DNA of 64,000 bases from Microbotryum violaceum (lineage: Eukaryota), in the NCBI GenBank assembly GCA_001244265.2, contig CDLV01000005.1, positions 2,418,001-2,482,000 on the forward strand. The letters are read 5' to 3'. The notes below the pieces were generated by a model. The model had not been told where the DNA came from, searched no databases, and was given only the letters and a program-made list of their open reading frames with translations. The position numbers were made by a program, and so were the translations under genes. This document shows positions 37,500 through 49,450 of this stretch, piece after piece (position 1 is the first letter of the stretch; each line of letters opens with the position of its first letter).

Positions 37500-39506
37500 T
37501 CACTCCTCCTCGACCATCCCCATCACCTCCTCCACCAAATCCAGTTGACTCTCCGTCAGATACTCCCCCAACGTCTCCATCGCTCCGTCCCCCAATGACC
37601 ACAGTCGATGTACCATCGACCCATCGAACGTGATATGCAGCGGCACCATGCGATCGCACAACAACAACGCCTCCATCAAACTTTGCAGCGCGTGAGAAGT
37701 TTGAAGTAGTTCCGCCGATCGATGGAGGTGATTTAGGGGTGCGGCGGCGGGGAGTTTGATTCGCTCCGAGATGCGATCGTAGGTCGGTTGAAGTTTGACG
37801 ATCACGGCTGTTGCGATGGCCGCGAGGAGGGTGGCTTTGCTCCATTTCGTGGTAGAGTGTCGTTGGAGGTGACGCAGGGCTAGGATGAGGGAGAAGTAAG
37901 GCCAAGCTCTGTTCGAATGAAGAGGTATGGTGCCCTCGTAGCGCAGAAGAGCGCAAAGGAAGCGCACACGCTCGTGCTCGGGGGCCAGAATGATGGGTGA
38001 CGACCACGAGGACTCCAAGTCTTCAACGAGACTACCAAGTCGCGAGATATTGATACGAACAGACTGGAGATAACTGCCCTGACGACAGTACTCTTCGATC
38101 GACGAGCGACCCAACCCAATGGCGTCGTCGAGCACGGCGTAGACCATTTTGCGCAGCGGACGACCCATCGACACTGCCGTCGCAGGCAACTTGGGTTCCT
38201 CGAGGAGGTTGTTGGGGACGGCGATACCGGTCTGCAACGCTTGGAGGGTGAGGGTAGTAAGATTACCGGTGCCCAGTGCCTTTTCGCGGTAGAGCTTGCG
38301 ACACTCGGCTTGGTTGGCGGTGTCCGAAGAGCGAGGCGATAAGAGAAAATCCGGTCCTAGATCCTCGATAGGTTGCAAAGTGTACCCGGCCGCAGAAGTC
38401 GTCAAGTTGGATATGATCTTCTCCAGCAGCATCTTGGTGCCGAGGGTGGTCATCATCATCGATGGTAACACTTGACGCAAAGCGGACTCGTGCGAAGAAG
38501 TAGTGGACCGGACGCAACCAAGACGCGAGGCGATGGCGCGATGATCGACCCAAACCCTGCCGTAGCGCGTCGGAGGACTGGCGAATTTGAAGTGCTTGTA
38601 ATAGTCGGCCAGATCGTTACCAGCCAGTGCAGCGAGAAGGGGTAGACGGTGGAGGGATAGATTCAGACTTGCGGCGATGCGTGCGGGCTGGAATACCTCG
38701 AACTCGAGTCGGGGGCTTGTCGTCGAGTGCGCTGGTTCGAGCAGTGGGGAACGATTGTGACCAAAGCGAATTGAATCGACCGGCACATAGCCTGGCAAAG
38801 AGCAAACCGAGTCGACAATTAGATCGAATCTTTGACCCCGAGAAAAGACTGGGAGCGCTCACCTCTGCATTCCGCCGGAAAGATGAAAAAGTCGCTGTCA
38901 TTCGACACGGCATAACCATTGCGACGTTGGGCCATCTCCGCCGTAGGAGAATCCGCTTCTCCAGACGCAAAGTGGATCTTGACCTTCATCTCGTTCAAAA
39001 CGTAGATGAAAGTCGAACGAGTGAGGAGGGGACTGCCGGTAGCGTTCGAGATCAAGTCAGCCTGCCCGCGGAGGTCGTCGTTGAAGGACATGAATTCGCG
39101 AACGGCGGCAATCTTTTGCTCGGTGCGCTCTTTGATGGTGGAAAGCTTGGAAACACTATGGGCTCCTGTCGAAGGCAAAATTGGATCAGAAAAGGATCGG
39201 TTCCCCCAATAGCCCGTTGATCCGACGGCACTCACCATCCCAGACGAACTCTGGCTCCAGACCGACGGCTCGGATGTACTCGATGATCCTCTTGACATAT
39301 CGACGCATCGCAGTGTAGTTGCCTCCCCGAGCTCCATCGAGGGTGACCGAACCGACCGAGCTATGAAGAATGTAAGCGGTGAAAGCGAGCCCATCAATGA
39401 TGAAAGCCGTCGGAGTTTCTTTCGGGGTTGGAGAGGTGAGAACGTGCGTCTTGCTTAGACGAGGCTGGTGCTTGTTGACAAAGGAGGTGAGACCGTGAAC
39501 GCCCAT
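37500..39506 (-). CDS. Asteroid/FAM120-like XPG-type PIN-domain nuclease, copy 1 (3 exons)
   Basis: MGVHGLTSFV, FIIDG, GGNY, FVWDG, GEAD, VSNDSDFFIF, GYVP, H3TH-like LPLLAALAGND. Confidence 0.85.
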
Positions 39507-39896
39507 GATTGATGTTATGAGCTCGGAGGTGGTGGTATCGGAGGAACAGAGAGTAGCATCGATGCTTGATAAGATATATGCAGGGCCATCAGGGGGGAAC
39601 GAGACGCAGACGAATTTGCCGGAGGGCAGTCGAATGATATTGCGGCGATGTCCGTCTCTGACGCCATCAAGTTTGAACGTCCACTTTCAAATGAACGGCG
39701 AGCTGTCGCGAATCGGCAATATTCCTTTGGGCGAGCAGGGTCGGAATTCGCACGCTGTCGTGTTCGCATCCGCATGGCCGCTTATGCCAGGTCGGCAAAT
39801 AAAATTGAACCGGCAGTACGACGCCTTGGCCGTGCGAGTTTTTGGTGCTCGTGGCTCTTGGATCTACCGACAGGGGCGGCCATTAATAGAGCTTGC

Positions 39897-41898
39897 TTAT
39901 TGTTCCACGAGTTCCAGCAAGCCCAAAACCTCGTTCATCACCTGTTCTCCGGATAATTGACCCAAGAGCTTCTCGACCTCGTCGCCCTCTGCCAGAAAAG
40001 CGTGCAAAACGTCGCCATCAAATAGGAGATGACAAGGGGTCAATTGCTGAGCAAGCAATAACGCCTCGAGCAGTATTTGTAGGTAGTGCAACGTCTGGAC
40101 GAGTTCGACCGAAGTTTGGATGTGTTCGATATTGGCCGCTCGAGGGAGTTGAGTCCCGACTCTGAGTTGGTGGTACCGGCCTGGAGAAGAGAGAGTAACG
40201 GCTGTCGCGAGGGCAGAGATGAGCATTGACCGGGACCAGGGTACTCGAGCGTAAGATTGAATGTGTCGAAGAGCAAGTAAGAGCGGAAGGTAACGGAATG
40301 TGTTATCTCTGGTCGTCGATGAGGGTATCGTGAATTCAAATGCGCCGGCCAGGAAGCGCAGACGCTCGCCGGTTGGGGCGAGCAATAGTGGCGTACGAAT
40401 CGGCGACTTTGAGCATTCCGCGACAGTACGAATGGGGATGAGGGTCGCATGTAGATCATCTTCCCTTCGACAGTACTCGGTAACGTCCGGAGCGCCGATA
40501 CCAATCGCATCGTCGAGTACGGCGTAGATGAGGATTCGCAAGGGACGACCCAGTGTCAAACAGGGCGAACGAAACTCGGGTCGTTCCACCGTAATCTTGG
40601 ACACCACGAGTTGCGCTTGCGTTGCTTGGTAGATGAAATTGGCCGAGTCACCCCGAGCAAAGATCTCATCAAAGTACAACCGTCGGCATTGGGCTTGTTC
40701 GGGGCTGTCGGAAATGTGCGGTTGTAGAGGGAATCCCGGAATGATGGTCTCGATCGACACGAGTTCGTAGGACCGAACCGAAGCAGCAAGCTCTGCAAGC
40801 ATCGTCGTTGAAGGTTGGACATTTCCCAGGAGCTTGGCGAGTGCGATCCGCAGGGTCTCTTCGAGAGTGCAGGTGGATTCGATCGATGCGATGATGCTCG
40901 CCACTTTGTCAATGTCCATTTTGCGCCAAGGGCGAGACCTTGAGTGTTTCCCCTGGCTCGACGTCGAGTGAAAAGTCTTCGTGAGATTGGCTAGATCGTT
41001 CCCCGCCAGGGCAGCAAACACGGGTAGACGTTCAAGGTGGATGCCCAACATGTGTGCGATGCGCGCCGGTTGATAGACCCCTATACGTAGCACGGCTCTC
41101 GAGCCAGGGCGAAGCATCCCGGGTCGTGCCATCCGTCCGGGACCGTATACGATTCTGTCCAGCGGTACATAGCCCCTCGAGATGGCAGGGAGAATGAAGT
41201 AATCGCTGTCTGCAAGCGGACGAACCAAGGTCAGCCTCGCATGCTCTCAGCCCAGCCGGAGGTGGGGGCCCACCTTGGGAGACAGCATAGCCATTGCTGC
41301 GTTGAGCCAACTCGGCCGTCGGAGAATCAGCTTCAGCTTGAGCGGAATGCATCTTGACGTGAAGCTGATGTAGTTCGTAGGTGCACGCCGACCTAGCGAG
41401 CAGGGGCAGTCTAGCCGCTCTAGAGATCACGTGCAAATGAGCTCGCTGGTCGTCGCTGGAGCGCATGAAGTCGTGCGAGGTGCGGATCGCTTGTCTTCCC
41501 CGGCGGAGGATCGTTTCCGTCTTGCTGGTTCCATAAGGTCCTGCAAGCAAAAAAGATACGCACTAGCCAACTTGAGCTCACGAGCTCACGGCACTGGTAG
41601 GCGTAGAGGGCTTCTTACCGTCCCAGACGATCTCGGGTTCAAGTCCCACCGCGCGGTAGTAGTCGATGCATTCCCGAAGGAGGCGTCGCAACTCGAGGTA
41701 GTTTCCGCCTCGTATAGGATCGACGATGGCGAGGTTGTTGAGGCGGAAGAGGTACGACAGGAAAGCGAGCCCGTCGATGATGAACGGGATCGCGGCACTG
41801 CCAGACCGGGCGCTGGCAGCATCATCGGATGACAGTTCGTGGTATTCGCATAGGGTCGTATGCTGGTCAACCCAGGTCGTCAGACCCTGGACGCCCAT
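39897..41898 (-). CDS. Asteroid/FAM120-like XPG-type PIN-domain nuclease, copy 2 (3 exons)
   Basis: MGVQGLTTWV, FIIDG, GGNY, IVWDG, AEAD, VSQDSDYFIL, GYVP, LPVFAALAGND; collinear with copy 1 to the C-terminus. Confidence 0.85.
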
Positions 41899-42365
41899 GG
41901 AATGTGGAACAAGTGTGGCATCAAGGTGCAGCGATGGCCATAGCAAGAGCCGGTTCGTCGCCACGACGCGACGAGCAAAGGCTTTTCTGCTTAGCTGGCA
42001 ATAAGCAGGTCAAAACGATCTCAGCGGCACTCGCCCTGTTGAAACATATTCTCGACATCATTATGCATGAAAATTCAACGAGGGCTTCTGAATTCACCTA
42101 CGAGATGCTTGTTTATGCGGTGGCAGACACGGAAAACGATGAAGCCTGTACAGAAACTCCCACTGATTGGCGCATGCTCAGCTATCGGCATATCGGCACT
42201 TGAAATCCCAATTTCAGTGTGCCGCTCGGACCAGCTCGGACCGTGATCGAAACGCTTCGCAGCGTCGCAGCCTCGCCGTGCCGCGCGCGACGATTCTCGG
42301 CTTCCCTTGCCCACTCTCAAACACACATCGCACAAGCACCATCCTCCCACAACTCTACTGAAGCG

Positions 42366-43693
42366 ATGTACAAACACGTTGCCAAAGCGCGCAGACTGGC
42401 GGCTTCGAACAAGGAGGCCGTCATGTCGGATGAATCCGAGTCGGAGGATGATTTGGAGCAAGACGTCTCGTCGCAAGCATCAGGATCAGGATCGGGATCG
42501 GAGGAGGGATCTGAGGACGAGGAAGAGGGGAGTGACGAGGACGAGGGGGAGGGTAGTGATGACGATGACGAGCAGGACGAGGCAGAAGCTCTGACACCTC
42601 CACCGCTCGGATACCCAACTGCGGAAGAAGCGGGAAAGGACCCGATCGTCACTGTACCAAGGGAAGCAGGGGACACGGCAGCAGATGCAGAGGTGGGAGA
42701 GGACAAGATGTTGTGCGTCGTTTGTCCGACCAAGAAGATCAAGAAGGGGAGGATGTTGGAGGTTCATTTGGCTTCAAAGGTGGGTAGCTGTTTCTACAAT
42801 CGCACGAGCACGGCCCACTCATAAAGATGTTGTAATTAACTGATGTCGTCCTTTTTGTTGCTCATCAGGACCATAAGCGAAGGCTCGAGCGTTTTCAAGC
42901 ACACATCGCCAAAGCCGACTTCCCGGCATCCTCCCTCGCCGTCGACGCACGCCAAATTTCGGCCCAAATCGACAACCTCCTCATCCAACGCCTAACCCTC
43001 CAAACCCTCACCGGCGGTCCGACACCGGCAGAACAATCCAAAAAGGATAAGGAAGCCGCCGCATCGAAACCGAAATCGAAAGCTGCGGAGGAGAATGCGA
43101 GGATCAAGACTCAGGCAGAGCTAGAGGAGATCTCAAAGAGGGAGGCCATCAGGGCCGTCAAGAGGGAGAAGCATGCCAAGCTGAGGCAGGCCAAGGCGGA
43201 GAAGAGGGCGAGGAAGAGGGCTGCCAAGAAGGAGAAGGCGATCAAGAAGACCATGACGTGAGTCGCGGCGCACGCCGTTCGGTTCGTTGGTCAAGAAGCT
43301 GACTTTTGTCGCGTTTCTTTGAAAAGAGCGAAAGAGTTGAAGCAACCCAAGAACAAGGAAAAGTACAAGCCCAAGCCCAAACCATCGCCCGAGGAGATCC
43401 AACAAAGGCAGGCGTTGAAGAAGGTCAAGAGGGACGCCGATGTGCTCGCGGCAAAGAATGTGCCCAAGGACGAGGTCGCCTTAAAGAAGGAGGAACCGGT
43501 CAAGTCGGCGGCTAAGAAGAGGGCAAGGGACGAGCCCCACAAGGAACAACCCAAGACGAAGGAGGCGTCCAAGAAGGAAACATCCAAAAATGAGCAGCCC
43601 AAGCCGGTCAAGGCAGCTCCGGCACCCGTGGTTGAGGAGAAGAAGGCCAAAAAGCCCAAGAAGGCGAAGATGGCCAGTGCGAGTGAAGCATAG
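42366..43693 (+). CDS. Hypothetical nuclear protein: acidic N-terminus, single C2H2-like zinc finger, Lys-rich C-terminus (3 exons)
   Basis: CVVC...HLASK|DHKRR spliced across intron 42780-42868; second intron about 43258-43326; KE-rich tail. Confidence 0.7.
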
Positions 43694-44273
43694 GCCCGCG
43701 GGGAGGTAGAATGATGCAATGTAGTATTTGGCGTAATGCTTGACTGAGGGTCGATCCAAGATGATGCGTTGCGGCCGTGGCTAATGTTGAGAGAGCCAGA
43801 GCAGCACTTCCCCCACTTTAAATCTTTCGCAAGTCACGTGCGGGCAGCTCGTGCGGACCGCGGCGGTTCTGGCCGCGTAAAGCGATGCGCTGGGTCCTCT
43901 CCCTTCGCCTCCGGTCAAAACAGCACTTCGCTTTTTCAACGTCTGCCGTGGAGGAAGACCCGAGACTAGCGTCCATCACCATCGCGGCAGCTTGTGGCGG
44001 TCAATAGCTTCCCCTGTAGTCCCAAGCGTAACTCGACAAGGCTCCACAGCCCACCAAGGCATCGCGTACATGTCGTCGCGCGTTTGAATACCCCTGGTCG
44101 ATTAGTGTGTGTGCTTCAAGTGGTCGTAGTTGGCATTTGTTGGGATCGAGTGCAGTGCCGGTGAGAACAGAGTGTATGCCTGCAACGATCGATGCCTCCG
44201 CAGAGCTGACCAAGTGCTGCAATGGCTAAACCGGTTCCTTTGACAGCCGCGGTCGTAGCTGCTCGTCTACACA

Positions 44274-45743
44274 ATGTCGACGAGTCCCACGTCGCCAACC
44301 TTCGCCTCCCAGCGTATGACGGCGGACATCCGTACCCGTTCCGCGATCGCTGCCTCGACGGCAGCATCCGCCCCTCGGCCGATCACGACCCCTGTCCCTC
44401 TGCACCAGCGCATTCTGTACCCCTCGCCTTCGCCTCATGGGCCCCGACCACCCCGGATTCTTCACGCTGCAGCACACACTGAACTCGATCCTCTGATCCT
44501 TGACTTGATCGCTCTCATCTGCCGCGAACACGTGCTCTCATGGTACTCGTCCATCTCTCGCGATCCCGAACGCGCCTTCGTGCAACAGGTCACCTCGATC
44601 CTGGTTCATGTCATCCAGGCGCTCGAAGTGAGGCTAGCCCACGTCGATTGTGTCCAATTGCTCGCCGTCGATCTTCCGGCCTTGTTGGAGACCCATGTCA
44701 GGGATTGGGATCAAGCCACGGAGAAAGCCCACACGGGGCATGCACACAATTTTGATCGCGACAACGTTTTCCACCTCTTGCAACCCCACATCGCTGTCAC
44801 TTTGCAAACAACATCGGGGACAGGGAAAGGTACGACCCAAGTCCGGGTCGATCCGACTTATCTCCGAGCGCTTGTCGATCATCTGTTGAGGTTGCTTTTA
44901 CCCCCCGAGGATTATCGCGCCGAGACGGAGCGAGCGATCACGAGGGAGATTATCGTTAATGTCATCTTGGGCAACGTTTTCAATCGGGTCGCACAACCAT
45001 GGTTCGTTTATTCGGCCATCACTAAAATCATCGTCGCTCAGAAATCGTCACACGTCGCCACGCGCGCTCCGGACAAACCACCGATCACGACCCCTTCGCT
45101 CCCCGATCGCATCCTTACGACAATCTCCTCGATACCACCCGTCTTCCGAGCACTTTCGACTTCCCTCTCGACACTGTACCATACTACCGTATCATCCCCC
45201 GTCCCACCGCACTACCGCCATCAACCCCCTCTGGCCTCACCCTGGATCTCATTTCTCCTCGTCCTCTTACCCTCCTCACCTCTCCTCGCCCAAGTGACGC
45301 ATTACCTCTCCCTCCTGCTCTCCCTCTTCTCCTCCTTCATCGCCTCCTTAACCTTCTATCTCATAAACAATAAACTGTGCACGGGGGATCTGGTCAAGAC
45401 AGTCTTGGAGTCGACGACCCAAGCTCTCTTCCCGAATGGGCATTCCCCACCCAAGGAACCTGATCCAAACGAGGCGCAACAAGAGGAGATCAAGAAAGGC
45501 TGCGAAGAGGCAATCGCGGGGGTGTTGCCCAAGGTGGCGGTGAGGATGTTGGTCCCTCTTTCCGGGGTAGGGGCGGACAAATCTTCTTCGGCCGAGGATG
45601 AGCTTGCGAGAGCAAGAGCGTTGGCGCGTCATTTGATGAGGTCCTTGGATTCGCACGTCGCGAATGTTCATCTGTTCGTGTTGGTGCTTGATCTTATCGT
45701 CGGGAGGGTGTTTCCGGAATTGGTGGTACCGACGGAAGAGTGA
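44274..45743 (+). CDS. PXA-domain protein, single exon
   Basis: LIALICREHVLSWYSSISRD, FHLLQPHIA, YLRALVDHLLRLLLPPEDY...ERAITREII; C-terminal ANVHL...LDLIVGRVFPEL. Confidence 0.85.
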   Translation: MSTSPTSPTFASQRMTADIRTRSAIAASTAASAPRPITTPVPLHQRILYPSPSPHGPRPPRILHAAAHTELDPLILDLIALICREHVLSWYSSISRDPERAFVQQVTSILVHVIQALEVRLAHVDCVQLLAVDLPALLETHVRDWDQATEKAHTGHAHNFDRDNVFHLLQPHIAVTLQTTSGTGKGTTQVRVDPTYLRALVDHLLRLLLPPEDYRAETERAITREIIVNVILGNVFNRVAQPWFVYSAITKIIVAQKSSHVATRAPDKPPITTPSLPDRILTTISSIPPVFRALSTSLSTLYHTTVSSPVPPHYRHQPPLASPWISFLLVLLPSSPLLAQVTHYLSLLLSLFSSFIASLTFYLINNKLCTGDLVKTVLESTTQALFPNGHSPPKEPDPNEAQQEEIKKGCEEAIAGVLPKVAVRMLVPLSGVGADKSSSAEDELARARALARHLMRSLDSHVANVHLFVLVLDLIVGRVFPELVVPTEE

Positions 45744-46061
45744 GGCAGCTTTCTCAGTGATCGGGGCTGGGTTCTACACTGCGGTCGATTCGTCGATTTC
45801 GATTGGTTAGGGTATTTTGGGTTGATTGGCGGGTTCGGGGTCAGTTCCTTGTTGTTATATTATTTTGCTTTCTCTAAAAACGTGGACATGTTCCTCCCGG
45901 GACATGTTCCCCCGAGGTGGATTTGCATCTGACCAAAAACTTGTGAGCTCGGCCGGGATCGAAAATCGCTCCGTTCACAGCCTCGACGGGTGAAGCGCTC
46001 TTATCCTCCTCCCTTCATCCCGCGCAGCGACTCATCACCTGATCCGCCTCTTGTATACACC

Positions 46062-47145
46062 ATGGTCAGCCATCGATACGCGCAAGAAGTTTACATGCAC
46101 TGACTTTTCTTGATGCGATACATGAGAATCTGACAGGCAGCAAACGCAGCGACGGGTAATCGTTGGCAACAGCGCAATCGAGGCTCGTTCGTGCCTCGGA
46201 GTGAGGTCAGTTCCAAACCTTGCACGTATTCTAAACCTTCGTAGCTGACCTGACGCTCTCTGTACTCGTAGCTGAGCTCAGAACAACTAGCCATCTTGGC
46301 CGCCGTGCCCGTGCGTAGACATGTCCACTCCCAACAGGGGGACAGCAGTCCATACTCATCCTCGTCGAGTCCACTCTCTACGCCACAGACCTTCAAAAGA
46401 ACGTGGGTGCGACCGTCTTTCCTCAAACCTCATCAACGGCCCAACTACAAGAGTCAGTCCCCAATCAAGGAGCCGGGTCGCGCGTTCCTCTTTCCCCCGA
46501 ATGCTGATTTTCGATCCTGATTTTCGATCCTGATTTTCGATCCTTTCGCGCACAGTCTGCAAATGGGTGATCGACACGACCCCTTCGACGAGGATGGAGT
46601 TCGAGAACGACACGACGAGTGAAAGAGGTGCGGTCCAGACGATGGGGACGTCGACCGTACAGAATTCGACGCCGACGCCAGTCCTTACCTCGGCGGTCAT
46701 TGATCTGACTGGAGGAGCGACGACCCCCATACCCGTAGCTACACCCGTACCTACATCCGTACCTACACCTGCATCTGCACCTTCACCTGCACCTGCACCT
46801 GCACCTGCATCTGCATCTGCACCTCTCGTAGTTTTCCAAACCTCTGCCGAAGCGGAACACACTCCCATCCCCGCCCCCATCACGACCCACGACCGACCCG
46901 TCCCTTCCGTCCCCTCAGCTTCCAAACCCGCCCAAGGCACCCCTTCCTCTGAACCTACGGCTCATCAACAAATCATCGAAGCAGTAAAGGACGTCCAAGG
47001 GAATGAAGTGCAGAAGATTGAACAAGCCGCGGTGGAGGATGTGGAGATGAAGGACGGGGCTGGTGGTCGAGAAAACGGTCCTACGAAGGAGTTTGTGGAG
47101 GATGGGTTGCAAGTTGCGAATGAGACGACGGAGCGGATCATGTAG
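46062..47145 (+). CDS. Small 5-exon protein with an N-terminal BCL7-like W..KW motif and a Pro/Ala-rich disordered tail
   Basis: Exons 46062-46064, 46137-46205, 46272-46310, 46389-46452 and 46556-47145 with canonical GT-AG give ...AILAAVPTFKRTWVRP...NYKICKWVID. The gene model is firmer than the family call. Confidence 0.6.
46504..46542 (+). repeat. 13-bp tandem repeat (CTGATTTTCGATC)x3 in an intron
   Basis: Three exact copies seen. Confidence 0.9.
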
Positions 47146-47332
47146 GGCTGCAGGAGAGGGATTAGGGAAGGAGTTCAGCGTGTGTTGATTTCTATGTTGC
47201 TTGGAACGATTGGTGTTGTACCATCTGCTTTGGACTCGGGCGGGGTCCGAGCGAACGAGGCATGGCTAGAGAGAGACAGAGGGAAAATCTGCTTCCCGAG
47301 ATTTTTAGCACAATAAATCTGATTCCTACACT

Positions 47333-49253
47333 CTACATCCTCCCCAACGCTTCAACTTCCTCGTACCCATCCATCTCCCCATCGCTGACCGCCTTCCACC
47401 CCTCGACATCCGAAGCCCAATCATCATCACTCCCCACCCCCTCCTCACCCACCTTATCCGTCTCCTCATCCTCCAAGTCCATCAACCCCTTCTTCACCCT
47501 GTTCACGCCCGCTGAAGGACCTTTCAACAAGTCATCGACCGTTCGGTCCCTTGCCAACATGCGTTTGGAGGCTGTCTTCTTCATGGGTGAAGATCGGAGG
47601 GAGAGTATCGAGGCCAAGTCTTCGGGTAGGGCTTCGTTGGCTTGGTCTTGATTGTGCCAGGTCGGAGCGTCTTCATCCATCGATGTGGTCGGAATCGATG
47701 ATGACGGTGGTGGTGTGCGCCTCGCATAAATCAAGGACCCTGTCGCAAGCACCAACTCATCCTCTTCCCCCTCCTCCATCTTGCTCGTCCCCGCTCCGCC
47801 GACCCCCTCCCCAGTCGACCTAATCACAATCCTGTGTTGTTCCTCGTCGTCCAAATCGATAATCAACATCGAACCGACTCTGCTCATTTTGCCGATCCGA
47901 TCCGAAACTGCTTCGTCGGAATCGCCGTCGTCGGAATCGACCGCCATTGTCGTCGAACCTTTCTTGGGAGGAGCTTTGCCGCCAAGTATTTTCTTATACC
48001 TCAGCCCTGCCGGCGCACGTTTAGGCTTCTTGTTGCCCTTCTGACCATTCGTACCGGCGGAACCACGTTCCCCCTTATCCCCGCCGTCCTCATCCTCGTC
48101 GTCCTCCACCAATTCGGCTCCTTCGTACCCCGTCCTCTTGACCGCCTTCAGCGTCGGATGCACCGCCTTCCTCAACCACCCATCCATCGCTCCTCCCTTC
48201 TTCCCCGGTTCATCGTCCTCCTTCTTTTTCCGTTTGCCGTTCCGTTTGCCATCCGCGCCAGAGGCAAGGAAAGGATTCTTCATACTCGCCTCGTGCTCTT
48301 CATCTTCGTCGTGATCGAACAAGGGAACGAACGATTTGCGCTTGGTCGCATCGTTCTTGACGGGACTTTCTCCCAACATCTCTTGATCTTCGTCGTCGTC
48401 GTCTTCTACTAGCCCACCCGACTTTCTTCTCGCCGCACCGAACAACTGCCCTAACCGGACATTGCTCCTCTTGAACGCTTCCTCCCCGCCGCTCAACTTG
48501 ATCCTTTTAGTAGGTGAAGCGGTCGTACCCTCCCTAGCGAACGGGTTATACTTTCTCGGACTCTCCAACTTTGTCTGAGCGAATAAATCTTGCGCGAAAG
48601 TTGTTTCCTTCTTCGATTGTGACTGACGATGGTTTGGTGAACGACGAGGGGAGAACGAAGCGGCTAAATCGCGCATCTTGTTCGGCGAGTGCGCGTGGAC
48701 ATAATTTGGATGATTCGAATTGGTGGTTGTTGTTGTTGTGATTGGTGCAAAGCTCAAGTTGGGGGTTGCAGGACGAGTTGATTGGTTTCGTTGAGGAGTG
48801 ATGGAGGAGGGCGTGGTTGTGGATGGACGAGGTTTTTGGGGGGTTTGAAAGAGGGTTTCTCCGCTGGTGGTTGGAAAAGTGGAGGTGGTGGGCGATCTTT
48901 TAGAGGTATTCGAGGAGGAGGAGGCAGTGGTGGTGGTGGTGGGGTTGGGTTGGGTCTTGAGCTTTTGGTACAACTTGTATTTCGCCGCTGAGCAAGACGA
49001 AAAAAAAAGTCAGTTTTTGGAGTTTGGACCCGGCATCAGAGACGATCACAGCAGGAAGAGAGCCACACGCCCTAGATGGCAGCCAAGAGAGGAGCTGCTT
49101 TCACTCACCTATCGCAATATCGTTCTTGATATCCTGTTTGGTGGGATCGGTTCCGTTGTGGGTACGACGGAATTGGTTCTCCCATGCTTTGAGCTCGAGC
49201 TTGAGCGAGGCCCGCGCGGAGTCACGCGCAGAGTCGGAGGAGGTGGGAGGCAG
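47333..49253 (-). CDS. SLD2: DNA replication regulator Sld2/Drc1; no in-frame ATG found, CTG start proposed
   Basis: LKLELKAWENQFRRTH...PTKQDIK...IA|AKYKLYQKLK across intron 48988-49108 (Sld2/RECQL4 N-terminal motif); many S/T-P CDK sites; LGESPVK. Confidence 0.8.
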
Positions 49254-49450
49254 GTTGGGCAGAGGGGGAGGGGGAGGGGGAGGGGGAGATGGAGGGTTGG
49301 GAAAGGGGTGGGTCGGAGTATGGAGTGGGGCGGTGGATGTGGAGAGAAGCAGCAGACGAGCGGGTCGACGCGGCCGGGGAATGGGAATTGGAATCGGCGA
49401 TCGCTTGCGCTTTCGCTCATGTCTTGGCGTCGGTTACAGTCGATCCCGGA

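Noticed and set aside
34331-41898. HAD phosphatase, dioxygenase and PIN nucleases as one functional cluster
   Set aside because: No shared regulatory motif or pathway logic is visible; adjacency is expected in a gene-dense genome.
45884-45909. p53 response element (RRRCWWGYYY x2)
   Set aside because: Fungi lack p53; kept only as an unexplained direct repeat.
21358-49253. DNA replication/repair gene cluster (RFC1, nucleases, SLD2)
   Set aside because: The genes are interspersed with many unrelated housekeeping genes over about 28 kb.
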